Source of the DNA: Lama glama
Lineage: Eukaryota
Assembly: GCA_028534125.1 (NCBI GenBank)
Contig: CM052818.1
Location: forward strand, 9,798,001 to 9,862,000
DNA length: 64,000 nucleotides
Direction of reading: 5' to 3'
A program made the position numbers and the translations under genes. The notes below the pieces were generated by a model. It did not search any database. It was not told the DNA's origin and worked only from the letters and a program-made list of their open reading frames with translations. Numbering within the stretch: position 1 is the first letter of the stretch; each line of letters opens with the position of its first letter. Below are positions 24,733 through 39,284 of the stretch, piece after piece.

Positions 24733-26159
24733 GCAATGGACTTGGGCAGAGAGCCCAGGAGGATCTTTGGGTTAGAGATGTCCTTATTCTCGTGTACCTC
24801 AGAACAGTAATGCTTTTGGTGAGCACCAGGTTTGGCTCAGGTCTCATCCTGGGGAGCACTTGGAAACCTGAAGCAAATAGAGAACACCACCGTTCATGGT
24901 TCCCATAGTTCCAAACTTGTGGACAATTATTTTTTTTGTTACTTTAAGGACCCTAGATATCACTTAGTCGCTTTCATTTAAAAACATGTCATCTACTATT
25001 AGGAAAAAGGGCTAGAATTCATTCTATACTAGAGTGAATGTTTCGTAGCTATTTTGGACTTCCTGGAAACTTCATGATACATCTGAGACTTTAGAAAATG
25101 GGCAAATATTTGTCTCTTTAGTTTGCATCACCTTAAAACCTAAAAAAAAAAGCTATAAAAAAAGAATTAAAAAAGGCTATTATTGTGGTCCAGGCAAGAA
25201 TTAACGGTGGTTTGTAGCAAGACTGTAGCAGTGATGATGGAGAGAGTTGGATGGATTAATGATCTCTTAGCACACAGGATCTACAGTATTTGAAAATTCA
25301 TGTGTATTAGGGTGAGAAGAGGGTGTCCAAAGTGACTTTAAGGTCTCTAGCATGAGCAACTGAGTGGAGAGTGGTGTGACAGAATGAAATAAGGGACGTC
25401 AGAAGAGGTCAGGGTAGAAAGATCATGAGTTTGGTTTGGATATGACCGTTCTGAGCAGCTTGTGAAACTACAGGATGGCTATCTATATATGTCTGAAACT
25501 GGAGATATAAATTTCAGAGTGGTTGTTGGGATATAAGGGGACCAATGAATAATGCTCCCCTACCTTCTGAGTTCAGAACCAATGGAGAAATAGATCTTAG
25601 GGAACAGTATCTCAACTTTTTTATTGGTTAAGCTGCATTGTTAAATATAGCTTTGATCTGTAGACAAAACTGGGCTTTTTAATGTCTTCCCCCTGAATTT
25701 AACCTGTTGGCCCCCAGCTGCTTATCTCCCCATTTGAGAAAGAGAGCCTGGCCCAGTAAGATTGTATCATACAGGATAGCATGCAGGGGGCACGGATCCA
25801 GAGAGAAAGAGAGATGGGAGGAGAAAGAAGCACCCAAGCCTTCAGTGAGTCACTTCTCCTAGATGAAGGACTGAGTGTTTCAGCAGGAAACAAGTGGTGT
25901 GCTTAAAGAGATAATATAGCAAACGGATTATTTGCAGAGGTGTGGGCAAGGTTAAGGGATCCAGGATCTACATACAGGAAGTCCTAGTTCTAGGGACAAG
26001 AGGAGGGAACTCTTACCAGAAATCAGGAGCGCTGCAGCCGAGTGAATGAGCTCTGCCCAACAGGAATGTAGTAAAGGAAAGGAGCCAGTGCCAAAATGAT
26101 GTCTGACAGTGATGTAATACCAGTAAAATTGAAATGTCGCAAGGACCCTTCTTCCTTTA

Positions 26160-26435
26160 CAGTATCTCATTAATCCTGAGATGTGAATTTTCCCCCCACA
26201 TTTTAACTTCTCTAAAATTGGGAGTCATAGTACAAACTTATCATCTAGTCAGGTGTTCTGATGGAGGTGTCGTTCCCTGTCATATGCATCCAAACTGGCA
26301 GAACGGATGTCAGCAGCTTGGAAGAAAACCGAGCAAAGTAGAGTGCTGTTATAAAATGCTCCATCCCCAGGGCTCTTGATGACACAGAGGGGGACACCAT
26401 CTGAGGTCACACGGGCTACTCTGAGTTAAAACGTG
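26160..26435 (+). mobile_element. Tigger/pogo transposon remnant with degenerate transposase C-terminus, followed by L1M fragments (26440-26770)
   Basis: Frameshifted translation KLAERMSAAWKK...KCSIPRALDDTEGD resembles the pogo-type AAWxxI...KKCCITNALDGTED motif. Confidence 0.6.
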
Positions 26436-29400
26436 GTTCAGCCATAGAGACAGAAGGTAGATTGGTGGTTGCAGCGGCTGGGAGAGTGGAAGGAGTGGAC
26501 TAGGCAGTGACTGCTAATAGATACAGAGTGATGGAAATGCGCTGGAATAGGTAGTGGTGATGGTTATACAACTTTGTGCAATATATTAGAAATGATTGAA
26601 TTGTACACTTTTCAAGGGTGAATTTCATGAGGTTTGAATGATATCTCAATTTTTTAAAAGTGATTCAGAACATTGAGAGAATCTGGGTAATGGATATACG
26701 GGAACTCTTTGTACTATTTTTGCAAGTTACTGTGAGCCCCAAATTATTTCCAAATAAAAAGCTTAAAAAATACTTTTTGGAATACTGTCCAAAATGGAGG
26801 TCTTATATTAAAAAAATCTGTATTCAAAATATGTTTATAAACTTGTGTGAACTATCTCTTAGGGGAAAGAAGTAAAATAATATTTAATAAGAGCTCTTTT
26901 CCAAGTTTGAAAACAAACATGGTTCAGAATATTTGGATTCTGAAAATAAGGAGCTTCTAAGAATACTTTTAAGTTATTTTCCTTTTTAAGGTGTGCATGA
27001 GAACGACATATGCTAAAGATCTATGTCTAAGTCTAAAAGTTTGTTAAGTAAGTACAAGATAAACATTTTAAGTGAAAAATGTTGTGTTAGACTTTAGTTG
27101 GCATTTTCTCTCCTTCTCTTCGTAGTATGTTTGCTGTTATGAAATATAGTATTACATCCCCAAGGAGGAATAAAAGCTCCCAAATCAAATCTTTCTCTTG
27201 TAAGGTGAAGACCACAGTCATGAAGGCCCACAGTTACCTTCTTCTACATGAACTCTCATTCTGTTCAGCCTCAGCCCAGGGGCCTCATTCAGTGCCTGGG
27301 AAGAGGGGGATCCCCTCAGCAGTTGCAGGCAAAGCCTCTTACATGTTCTGCTTTTAGAGTCCAAAGGGTTAACAGGACATAGATTACCAGCCCCAGCCCC
27401 ATGCCCAAGAAACTTAGAAAACAGGAGCACGTTTGCTGGCCCTGTGGCATTTAGACCAGTTGTATGAGTCCTGATTCTAGGTTGTGAGCTGCAGAAACCA
27501 ACTGTACCTGATTTAAGCAGAAAAAGGATGTGTTGGTAATTCTTTGGGCAGCTGGGGGAATTGCAGGGTAGACTGTAAAACCTGGTGTGACCTATGAACT
27601 GATCCTGAGAAGACACTGTTGTCAGCAGCTGAGCCGTGGGCCCACTGTCTCGGGGAATTCTCTGCTGGGCTTGCGACTGTGTATCACTGACTCCTGATTC
27701 AAAGTCCAGGGTGGGTGGGTCTCACTGAATAAGCTTCGGTCACGTGGCTGCACCCTTGTCATGTGGCTGCAAGGAAGCAGGGAGAGTAAGCGACATCTTC
27801 TTCTGTAACAGGAGATGATAGACTCTGCCTTCCACCAAGACTCTTAAGGAGAGGGAAGAGGTTCAGATGACGGACAGCTAAAAATCCTGATGAATGTCTA
27901 CTTCAATAAAATTAAAATTCTTAGAGTCTCAGAACACACATATATTACTGGCACCAGCTGAAGACCCAGGTGGAAGTCCAGCAGTATCTGAGGGGAGGAG
28001 GGAAGGCTGTGAAAACATGAAAGAGAAAATGTTACTGTTGTCAGTCTTGTCTGAATGCCTCTCAGTCTATAGATCACCTTTCTGTGGTTCTTGACCTGTG
28101 AACTTTACATGGTGTTGGAGGAAGTCTTTCATCATGAAGTTAATTATGGCCTAGATTTACCATATCATATCTGGAAATTGAAACCTTTCCAGCCTCTTGC
28201 AAAATTTAGAACTTTTTAATGATGCTGCAGGATTTATTGGAGGCTCCTTTCTTCCCCATTTAAAACCCCTTAATTTCTATTTCCCTTGTGTCCCTGTCAA
28301 GCCAAGGACACAGCCACATTTTTTTTCTTGTGAGCAGTCATTGCAATTATGTTCTGGTAAACTGACTCTTTGGGGAGGGTGGTGGGGGGAAAGCCCTGGT
28401 TGATAGCACTTGCCAATTTCCTTGGTGTAAATACTCCCACTGTGGAAGATTTCAAGCTACCAAACATGATTTGCGAAATCCCTGAATATTTCACTGCCAG
28501 CTTGTATGAGCTTATGAGCCGTGGCCTCTTGCCTGGAATTTCTCAGGCCTGTAACTCCTGCCTCCTACAGAAATTTTCTCACTTCTTTAACCTGGAGAAT
28601 CACTCACAGTGGATTCCTCAGCTAAAGCTGCTGTTGAATGTATGTTCCTTGAGGGCAGAGGTCTTTGATCACTGCTGTACCCCTAGGGCCTAGGATGATA
28701 CCTGGCACCCGGAGGGCTCTCCGTACACACTTGTTTGTGGTAGTGGTTCTGAGGCTCTTTCCTGGGGCTGGTGAGGACTACCAGCCCTGCCTTTATCTTG
28801 GGTCAAAGGCAGCAGAGACTTTCCCTGTGTCCTCTTTTTCTGCAAAGTGGGTCATGTCTCTGATCATCTGTTTGCCTCTCTTGTTCCACTTCTCTTTTCA
28901 GGAAGACTCAGCCACATTTTTAACATTTTAACTTGCTGCTTTAGTTGATCACTTCCTTCTTTATCACATCAGCCAGCACTGTTTGCTGTACTGATTAGTG
29001 TTTTCCTCTTTATTTCCCTTTGCTTTTGAGTCAAGACATTTGCTTTTCTGATATACTCCTTAGATCCTGTTTTATGGGGTCCATCACAATGAGCCATCTG
29101 AAGTCATGATGTCTGGAGTCTGCCAGAAACATGGCTGTTGACCCAGCTCTTGTCCTCTTCTATCTGTCTTCCTGGGTGGGTGATCCTTCATGGATGGTGG
29201 TGTCCTCCTGGACCAGTATCTAATCCAGGCCTGGACTCTATCTACCGCCGTCCTGCCTGGTTCTCTTGCAGCTCTTTTCACCTTCCTGTGCCTTCCCTGA
29301 AAATCCCACTTGAAAAGTTTCCTGGGTACATTCCCTCAAGGCACACGCTTTACCTGCATTCTCTTCTACAATAAGCCACCTTGAAACTCACTGGTAATGC

Positions 29401-29954
29401 TAGCAGCATTCTGTGCTCATCTTCCCAGACCTCCCCACCTTCAGATCTGGCCACGGTTGCGTGACTACCTGGTGTAACTGTCGCAGTCTTTAAAGGGTGA
29501 TTCCCCAATTAAACTTACTGTTGACTCCTTATCTGACCTTTTAAGAGGGCACTTCTCAAGAGCTTCCTGGAACTGTACTCCTGGCTGACAGTGGCAGGTG
29601 CAGATTATTCCAGTCTGTTCTCTGAAATCTCACCTCCCTCTGTTAGAGTTCTTTGGATCCCAGTTACTCTTTCTGGTCTATTAATAACCAAAACAAACAA
29701 ACAGAAGGGTTTCTAACACCTTCCTTGAGGGCAGTTAGGTCCAAGCATGCCCCCACCATCATGTCTCTTAAGGGAATCCTCTCTACATGACCATGGTGGT
29801 GAGACGCAGTGCTGGCCAATCAGAATGGACACTAGCTGCAAATGACCCAGGCGTGTCTCTGGCTCCTTTATCTTTCTCTCTCCAGCTGTTCTCACTCTGA
29901 TTTCAAGATCAACGTTTTGTGGGGGGATCTAGCATACCACTACACCAGCAGCAC

Positions 29955-30464
29955 TGTTAAGATCAAAGTTTTATTAGAGAAAAAATCACTCACATCTCTT
30001 GTTGAAGAACAGTAAAGCAGGCTTTATTCAGGACCATCATGATAGGTTTAGGGACCAATGGGGTGTTGCAGCAGGGGAGAGATGTTGGGCTCAAATTTGA
30101 ATATAAGGGAAAGTAGGAATTTATAGCAAAGGAGCAGGGAGGGGGAGTCAGTGGATAGAAAATTACTGAAACATTGGGGTAAGGAGGGGATTTTGGCTAA
30201 ACCATCCTAGAAGGATTCTTGCTGAAGGCAGGTCAGGCTGATCAGACATCACCTGGGAGGTGGTGGAGGCTGAGGAACCCGATGAGATATCGAGGGTGAT
30301 CGGGTATTGAGAGAGGAGGGGATTCTGACTAAACCGACATAGCAGGATTCTTGTTAAAACTGGACAAAGCAGAGATGAATGTGGAAGCCCAAAAGTCAGG
30401 GCCTAGTTGAGAAGAGAGTTCAGAAGAGCCTGATGCGGTTTCGTCAAGTAGAGAATCTTTGTTA
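29955..30464 (-). mobile_element. MER31-like ERV1 solo LTR
   Basis: Minus strand starts taacaaagattctctacttgacgaaac...tcaggctcttctgaactctcttctcaactaggcc, contains AATAAA and ends ttaaca. Confidence 0.8.
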
Positions 30465-30899
30465 GTTTCTAAAACAATCCAGCTCCTCTTTGATTCCGAG
30501 AGACAGTATGTTCTTGGCATGAGGCCTTTTTACTGTTTCTTCCTGGTCTTTGGTTTACTAATATTTCCATTGATGTCCAAAAAGATGGCCTGCCACCTTA
30601 AAATAAGGGACTGTTTTCCTCTCTCTGTTCATTGATGAAAAGCCACCACCTTCTGTGGCTGAACCTCCAAATCTGAGTCTTTGATCAAAGCCATGGCCAG
30701 ACTTAAGCAATAAATCTAGAAAGAAATTTGATCCATGTGGTGGCGTTTGAGGGTGATTCCAGGAGTCTGTATCAGGAGGTAAATTCCATCACAGTTTACT
30801 CCTTGGCCTGAAAACTGAGTTCAGTGCAATGTAACAAAGAGGAAGAGAATTTGAGGTAGGTGACAAAGCACCTAAAGCTAGAACTGCACTACTAATATA

Positions 30900-31080
30900 T
30901 TCCAACCTGGTCCTTGGGTGGTCCTCAGACCCACCACATCACCTGGGAACTAACAAGAAAATGCAAATTTATAGGCTTTACCCCAGACGTACTGGGTCAG
31001 GTGATGGGAGCCCAGAAAACTATTTTAACAAGCTCACTAGGTGATTCTTATGAATATGAGAGTTTGACAACCACAGCTCT
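30900..31080. mobile_element. MER5A-like MITE
   Basis: catcacctgggaact...aatgcaaatt...ttttaacaagc...ggtgattctt...agtttgacaaccac. Confidence 0.75.
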
Positions 31081-34000
31081 TTGCCCAGGTGGATCTCAGC
31101 TCCCTTTACAGGAAGTTTCATGTAAACTTAGCTTCCTTTGGGCTGTTCCTACCTGAGAGATTTGGTAGGAGTAGCAACAAATTTTCCCAACCACTAATGC
31201 CTGAAGAATTGGTTAACTGAAGCTCTGCATGTTTTAAGTGACTGAAAGTAGCATCTAATCCCTTTGTTGGGTGTACCTGCTTAGCTCTAAAGTTGCAAAA
31301 GCCTGCACAGCCTGTGTACACTGAGGCCTGGGTTTGCCGAGGTCCTGTGACACCAGTCTCATTGAACTGCTGTGTGTCCTAAAGCAGTGGAGGACCTAGA
31401 ACCCTAGTGCTTACTAAGGTGTTGACACATCTGCCTGCCACACCTGAAGCATCCCTCCCTCTGGATAGATCTTAAAGTCTCCAAAGCCTGATTGTTGCTC
31501 CTGCTTCTTGAGCTCTCCTGGTTTGTAGGCCATAGTTTGGGGGTGGGGAGGAAACATATCAAACCTCCCTCTTCCGGGTTCAGAACCAACTGAGAAGTAG
31601 GATCAGGCCACTGCTTAGGGATCAGTATATCAGCTTTATTGCTGATAAAGTAGAATTGGAAAAATGCAGCTGGGAATCTGCAGCCACCACTGGGTTTCCT
31701 GACACCTTCTCCCTGACTTAATCCCCACCCCCCCACCAGCTGCTTGCTCCAGGTCGGCTGGGGAGATTACCAGATTCAGCAGTGTGGTCACAGGAGCTAG
31801 CGCAGCCTTTCCCCAGCCTTCCCAGTCAGCTCATTTACTTGCTCTTTGGAGAAGAGTGGTAAATTGTGGAGAGAGACAGGTGAGGTACTCCAGTACCATT
31901 CCTTCTTGGGAAGGATGTGAGGATGGAGGAGTAGGTTTTCCTTGGCTGTGGGATAGGATTTGAGTCATTGGCACCAATGAGTCTAGAATGGGAAGAGAGG
32001 AAGGTCAGGACTGAGGCTCATATTTAAGCAGGGTTTCAAGGAGGAAACCCCAGCCACAGAAACTGAGAGGAGTCCAGAGAGTAGGGAGAAGAACTAGGAG
32101 CGTGTAGTGCCACAAAGGCCAGAGAAAGAGCGTTTTAAGAAGAGAGTGATCATCAGGGTCCAAGCTCCTGAGGAGTGTAGTAAAATAAGGACCAGAAACT
32201 GTCCCTTAGTTTTAGGCACTTGGGTCCCACTGGCAACCTTACTGAAAGATGGGAAGGGGAGCTTTGGGGTAGTCAGTCACTGGGAGGTGTCCAGGAGGAG
32301 AGTATTTTAAGGCGGACAAAACTTGTTTGAAAACTGATGGCGAAGGGCAGACATCTGTGCTTGTGAGGTTGTGACAGAGGTAAGTAGCCTATACCACACC
32401 CTCCAGGCCGGTGCCTTGGGTGCAGGGCTCTGCCTGTCTGTTGGAAGCACCTTTTCCTAATTTGTGCAAAGATGCAGTGTGAGCTGACAGCAGCCCTGGA
32501 TGGAAGGATGCTGGTACCCAAAAGGGAGGAATAAAGGCTAATAGGTCACTTAGTCACCTGCAGAGCCAGGGCTCAAAGCTGAAAGCTTCTGGCTACAAAT
32601 TCAGGGATAGCTCCAAAAACCCCTTGGGGCAGAAAAAACAAAGGCTATTCTTTACTTCAAGACTTTGCCTTATTTTGGCAGCTCCTATTATTTTTAGCAA
32701 CAAGTATTTAAATTCTGATCTGTAAGATGACCAAGATTCAATGGTCCTAACCCTCCCTTAGTGACAACCGCTGAGTTCCCTGGGGACCCACACTTTAGAT
32801 GCACAGATCAGCCTCTGACTCTCAGGATGGGAGAATGTCTTACTGGACCAGTAGTGGTCTCTCCCTTCTGTCTATCACTAGTCTCAGAGACCGTATTCTC
32901 TAAGAGCTGGCCTTTAGACAGTTTTTATAACCATTGACTTAACCGTTATTTACCATATCTTACTTTTTTCAATTAAATTATTTCCAACTCTGACATTGTA
33001 GAAATATTACCATCAGAGACTTTTTAATGATAACCTTTCCCCCTGCTATACCATACTCTTCCAGTTTCATACACAATTTATCAAATGCTTATGTATCTGG
33101 AAAACCAAAAATAAGTGGACTTGAGAATGTTTGGCTTAAGGATCTCATAGGTCTCTTTGTTTTCCTTCTTAATGTGTTTGTTTTCCTGTAACATTAATCA
33201 AATTCCATAAATAAAAACATAATATTACCAAGGTATATTTAGTTTATATTAAGATTTTAATCTGCTATTGAAAGAAAAAATTAGGATTGATGCTAAAAAT
33301 TTATTTTAAATTGGCCCTAGATAATTTAGATCTGTAAGTTATTTTTTAAACACACACACACACACCCCAATTCTATCAAACAGCCAAACTTTAAAAGTCT
33401 AAACTTTGAATACTATAATTAGGACTCAATTAATCAGTAATTTTAAGTTTATATCTCCCCGTTTTTAGTATTCAAATGTAAGTGAAAAGACAATATAGAC
33501 TTATTAGGAAATGATTAGACAGAGGAAATAACTGGCTTATGCAAGAGAAGGCATGATGATCAAAAGTGCTATCCATGTGGTCACCAGAAACTTAGAACAG
33601 GCTGCTTCCTGAGAATAGGTTAGTATAACATTACTCTATTGACCACATAACATTTATGCCAAGCTCTTTTTTAGCAGATAAAATACTACACTGGAATGTA
33701 ATAGGCTTCAAAACAACATGATAACCACCAAACACAAAAGGGACATATAAATAACTTTTAATAAGATTTTGGCCTTTCCTTTGTATGGAGTCCACAGTGG
33801 AATGATCTTTGCAAAAGTCCATCCTAGGGTTAACAGGGTTTTGTGACAGATTTAATGAGGTTCTGTCCTGAGGTCTGTGAGGGAGCTGACTAGGTCTTGC
33901 ACTGGGCATGGAAGATGCACGATCACTTCAAAGAGACATAGCAGGCCTGTGCAGAAGAACAATCCCCTGGTTCAGGCATGGCTGAGACATGGGGCTGTCT

Positions 34001-35949
34001 CACCCAGAGAGGAAGAGAGAGGAACCAGAATGGTTCTCTCTTTAATACAGTATAATGATTGCCAATGGGGATGGAGAAGGGTGGAGTGAGAAGTGGAAAT
34101 AAAAGGAAATAAATTCACTGATAAAATAAGAGTATCCTTTTACCACCCGGTAATATAATAATGATGATAATGTGCCGTGAACTAGGGGGGATGATCAATA
34201 GTTCAATAAAAAAAAATCATACTTACATAAATAAAATATACCCGAGGTTAGTTATAAAGTAGGTTTGTTTCAGTACCTTTTCCCTTTCTACTCCCTTCCT
34301 TTCTCATTCCTTCTGTTCTTTCTTTTCCCTGTCTCATGGGCTGGCTGGCTCGCTGTCCAGGGAGTCCTCGCTCTGAGCGCTTCCCCAGGAAGCATCTCAT
34401 TCCTGCCCCATGTTCCATCCTTTTCCCTCTCTTGGGACTTCTGTCCTCTGCTTCCCTAGAACTGGGAAGCACAGCCTTTAGTCCCAAGCGAGAGGGGCCC
34501 CCATGCTGAGCCCAGTACTTTCAAGGGCTGCTCCTGCTCCTGCTCCTCCCTCTCAGTGGAGTGAAGGGGACAAGCCCTCTTGTCCCTTCCCAGAGCCCAT
34601 CTTCTCCTTCTAGAGCACATTCTGGGAGCCTGAGACCCCAAAGAGCCCCAACCGTCCTTCAGGCCTGTTCCCAGTATTGATCCTCTTGAGGGCAGACTGT
34701 ATCTCTGGTGTGTCCCCCCGAAGCCCAAGATGGCCATGGGGCAGCTGTCTGGGGAGGTGAACAGAGCTTGGTGGTACACACTGGGGTGTCCACATGCATG
34801 TGCAGGAGGCCCTGTGGTGTGGGAGGCTGGACCTGGGCTGGAGGCCAGGAGCTGGCCGTCTGTGTGCCACCACTTTGGGTGGAGAAATCCACAGAAGCTG
34901 AAAATTCTAATGTGAACCCAGCCTTCCAGGTTGTTGTCAGGGTAGGAGGATACAGCATACTTGGTTAGTTTGTTGGCTTGATTGGTAACTTTTGAATACT
35001 TAAACACATATTTTGTAGGCCTCCATTTGCACTTTTGCCCTGGCAAGTGTATATGACTGTCTTGGGTGGGACTTCGCCTTCTGCAGGACATCTGGGGCTT
35101 TGATAGGCACCCCCTAGAGACACAGCACCCTAAACCTGGGGAGAGCGGTCCGAAGCAGAGCAGGGCAAAGGCTGCAGCAGGTGAGGGGTGCAACAGTCTT
35201 TGGTGAGCCTCAAATCATGCCTGGTGAGCGGCTGCCTCATCTGCCTTTGCCAGCTGGTCCTGCTGGAGAATGGCGGGTGGCCATTCTGTTAACACTCAGG
35301 TGTGCAATTAAGGAAAGCAAACTGTCCCTTCCCTATCAGGCAGTGGGGCAGTGGGCGTCCTATCTACCCTCTCCTACTTCTAGAGGGTGGAATAGTACTT
35401 ACACTGGCTGTACATAGCTCTTTATTCTTTCTTAACTCATGCCATTGTTTGATGGAAATTTTAAATGGGGAGGCTGTGATACAACCAAATGGAAGCTCCT
35501 GTGGTGATGTAACCAGCCAGAATGATTCTTTGGTTGGAGGATGATGAGCCTGGGAGGGACCAGGGAGCAAAAGACACGCAGGAAACCTGCCTGGGGGCCT
35601 GGTTGGGGCAGAAAGCCTGGAGTCCAGTTCCTGTGAGTCGCACATCCCCGAGGCCTCTACCCTTCATCTGTCTTCCTCTCCTCGCCCTTTCCCACCCCTC
35701 CCCCAGGCTCCCACTCTCCTCTCTTTTCTCTGTTCTCATTGAGGCATATTAAAGATTAGAAAGGGATTATAGGGGCAGACATGGCGAGGCTTTGTTAAAT
35801 AGAACTTTCAGAAATAAAGGGGAAAACCAAAACTATTTCCCCCTTCAATAAGTTGTATTTCTCTCAGGCCAAAGCACTCCTGGGGGTTTCCCCCAGGATC
35901 TCATTCACCAAGGCTGTTTGTTTTGTTTTTCATTTGCGAGTAGGGACTA

Positions 35950-37495
35950 CTTCATTCAATATTAAATATTTACCGAGCTTGTGTTATAACAAGCACTGAT
36001 CCAGGTGCTGGAGAAACTGGGGTGAGCTGAAATGACAGAAACCCTGCCCTCAGGCCGTCTACATGCTACTGGGGAGAACATGCAATGAACAAGATAAATG
36101 ATGACAATAAGGTGTGTGGATGTTGTGTTTGGTGGTGAGAAGTGCTAGGGAGGAAATAAAGACTAGTGGAGTATAGTGGAGGGTGGCCAGGGAAGGCCTC
36201 ATTGAGGAGATGGAGAAGAGGCCAGAGGATATCTGAGGCAGAAGCACTCTTAGGGCAGAGAAGAGCATGCAAAGGCCAGAGCCAGGAGCATGCCCAGCAA
36301 GTTTAGGGATCAACAAGCAGGCCAGGATGACTGACTCAAAAACAGGATGAGTACAGAAAAGAGTAGATGAGGTCAGAAAGGTGTGGGTGTGTGGGTGGGG
36401 GATCATGGAGGGCCTTTTTAAGCACTTTGATGTACTCTGAACAAGATGAGAAGCCACTGTATGGTTTCAGCCTGGGAGTGACATGATCTGATTTGCATTT
36501 TAACAGGATCACTTGCTGCTGTGCTGAGAATGAGCGAGCAGTGAAGAACAAGGGTGAAACCAATTAGGAGGCTATTGAAATAACCCCAGAAAGAGAAGAA
36601 AGTATCTTAGACCTGGGTAGTTGTAATAGAGATGGTGAGGAGTCATGAGATTCTGGGTATATTTTAAAAATACAGTCAAAAAGATTTGCTAATGGATTGG
36701 TTGTGGGGTATGAGGAAGAGAAAGGGGTCAAATAGAACGTCAAGGTTTTTCACTTGAGCAGCTCGAAAAAGGGAATTGCTATGAATTGAGAGGGAAGACT
36801 TCAGGGGTGCACGCTGGGGAGAAGATTGTGAATTCAGTTGTGAAAATTTACATTCTAGATCCCTGTTAGACATCCAAGTGCGAGAGCCCAAGTCAGCAGT
36901 CAGAGATACGAGTTTGGAAATCAGGGGTGGGGTTGGGGCTGGAGATAAAATTTTGGGAGCCATCAATAAAGAGATGGTATTTAAAGCCAAGAGATGATGG
37001 AATTTTGGAGGAAATGACAGTAGATGGAATAGAGAAGTCCAAGACATGGGTCCTGAAACAGTCTAGTGTTTATGACTGGGAAGACGTACTAAAACAAGCA
37101 GACAAGACAGAAGGCCCAGTCAGTGGGACAGGAGGAGAGTGGGAGGAGTGTGATGCCTGACCTGGAAGCCAAAGTGAAGAAGGTCTATCAAGGAGGACGG
37201 AGTGATTGACCCTCCAAAGTCAGGGTCACTGATGACCTTGACAAGAGTCCTGTCAGTGGAGCGGTGGTGGTGAAAGTCTTGTTGGAAAGGTTCAAGGACA
37301 AATAAAGAGGAGGAATTGCAGCTAATGAGTACAAACAGTGCATCGAAGGCCATGAGTTGTAAATGGAGAGAGAAATGGGGCTCAAGCTAGAGGAGGAAGC
37401 AGGGTTGAGACAGGTTTTTAAGGATAAGAGAAATAACCACCTTTGTACATTGATGGAGAAGGTCCAGTGGAGAGGGAAAAGCGGAAGGTACAGGG
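35950..37495 (-). mobile_element. L2 (L2a/b) long 3' fragment
   Basis: Begins ttcattcaa (L2 tail), then gtgacatgatctgatttgcattttaacaggatcact and ggtcactgatgaccttgacaaga. Confidence 0.85.
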
Positions 37496-37544
37496 CTGAG
37501 GGGCTCTATCTGGTAATGTTAGGAAGATCTACATTGTATTGAAT

Positions 37545-37710
37545 GCTTATGTGTGTTAGGTTTTTATATATGCTATTCATTACTTAAAACATGAGACATA
37601 TATTATGGTTCTCATTTTATTAGCAAGGAAATTGAGGCTCAGAGAGACTAAGTCCCTTGTCCAAGGTCACCCAGCAAGGACAGAGAAGAGCTGAGTCATA
37701 GCTCAGTCTG
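37545..37710 (-). mobile_element. MIR SINE
   Basis: ggaaattgaggctcagagagactaagtcccttgtccaaggtcacccagc. Confidence 0.8.
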
Positions 37711-38324
37711 TCTGAGGGACACTCAGGCCATCTTGCCTCTGGGTGCACTGGTTATTCTTCTGGGTGTGGGGCTTCCTGGGCACTGAAAGGGCACATTTAC
37801 TGTTTTACATCCCTGCCTGAGGAAGAGTCTCTGTGCTTCTCACGGCCATGACTAGAGACTTCAGTCGTGGGGAGAGTCTGAGTCATTCTGCCTTCTCTTC
37901 TTTCCTAAACTTCAGGACAAGAGACAACAGAGGAGGTACCTTGGCATGTGTTTTTCCCCAAACCGCTGTACATTAGACATCTAATGAATAATTTTAAGGT
38001 GTATATTGGAACATACAAAGGGGTGGAAATCAAGAGTCCTAGGTTTTAGTCATGTCTGTCTGTATGTGGTTGTGTTACTTCTAGCAAGTCAATGAACTTT
38101 GAGTCTTAGTGTCCTCATTAACAAATGAGGAAGAAAAATATCTGTCCTCTTTGCTTCTTGAGTGGTTGTGAAAACATCTCATTACATCCCCTACCCCCGG
38201 TATTCCTGCCATGTGTGAGATCATGTGCCATTTCCAAAGTGTGTCACATATGATGGCATCAGTGGGTCTCAACCTGGTGCACAGCAGAGCCCCTGTGGAG
38301 CTTTTACAAATACTGTTCTTCTGC

Positions 38325-39005
38325 TAGGACATGGGAAAAATGGAACTCACAGGTGTTACTAATGGGAGTGTAAATTGGTACAACCACTCTGGAAAGCAGT
38401 TTGGCAGCATCTGTTGAAGTTAAACCAATACCTCCCTGTGATGCAGCGTTTCCATGTTTAGGTTTATACCCAAGAGAAATGTGTACACTAGTTCGTCAAG
38501 GGAAATGTACAAGGATGTATTCAGCAGTGGTATTTGTAGTTGCTCAAACTACAAACATCTCAAACGCCCGTTAACAGTAGAATAGATAATAAACTGGCCT
38601 ATTATATATAATGGAATACCGAACAGTTTTAAAGTTTGCAAAACATGGCTACAACCACATGGATGAATCTCATAATTATAATGTTCAGTGAAAGGAACCT
38701 GACATAAAAGATTGCCCTCAAAACATGAGATATCATAAAATCAGGAATATCAGGAAAATCTTAAATCTCTGTGGTGTCAGAAGCCAGGACAGGAGTTTTC
38801 TTTGGAGAAGAGGGAATGAGTAGACACTACAAGGAGGGCACAAGAATGGCTTCTGGGCTGCTGGTGATGTTTGTGTGTGCGAGTGTGTTTACCACAATGA
38901 TGGTTATTAGACGAATAAAAAAGACATATTTTGGATAATTCACTGAGCTGTACTTTTGCTTTGTGCACTTTTTGGGTGTATGTATTCTACTCTAATTAAA
39001 AAACA
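38325..39005 (+). mobile_element. L1ME-type 3' fragment inserted into a MER5-like element
   Basis: gggagtgtaaattggtacaaccactctggaaagcagtttggcag...catggatgaatctcata. MER5-like halves lie at ~38260-38320 and ~39010-39080. Confidence 0.8.
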
Positions 39006-39284
39006 AAACTGCTGCGTAGTTCCCATCCCAGACTAATTAAATCAGAATCCCTGGCGGGGAAGCCCTGGCTTGGGCTTTTTCTGGAGCGTGCCCTGCCCTC
39101 TGCCGTGGTTGGTGCCACACCCTCCGGGAGGAAAGAACTCCAGCTCCATGTCTGTGTCGGGTGTGCCTCAGCGTGGTGGGGAGGACGGGGCGTCTGCTGG
39201 AGGGAAGGCTGGAGGGCCCCGTGGGCTGATGACTGGCAGCAAGAAGGGCTTTCAAGGACATGCCTCTGAGCAAAAGCAGCGAAG

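Noticed and set aside
34456..35193. 245-aa minus-strand ORF, the longest gap-free ORF
   Set aside because: Non-ATG start, no recognisable homology or exon structure, and GC-elevated intergenic context.
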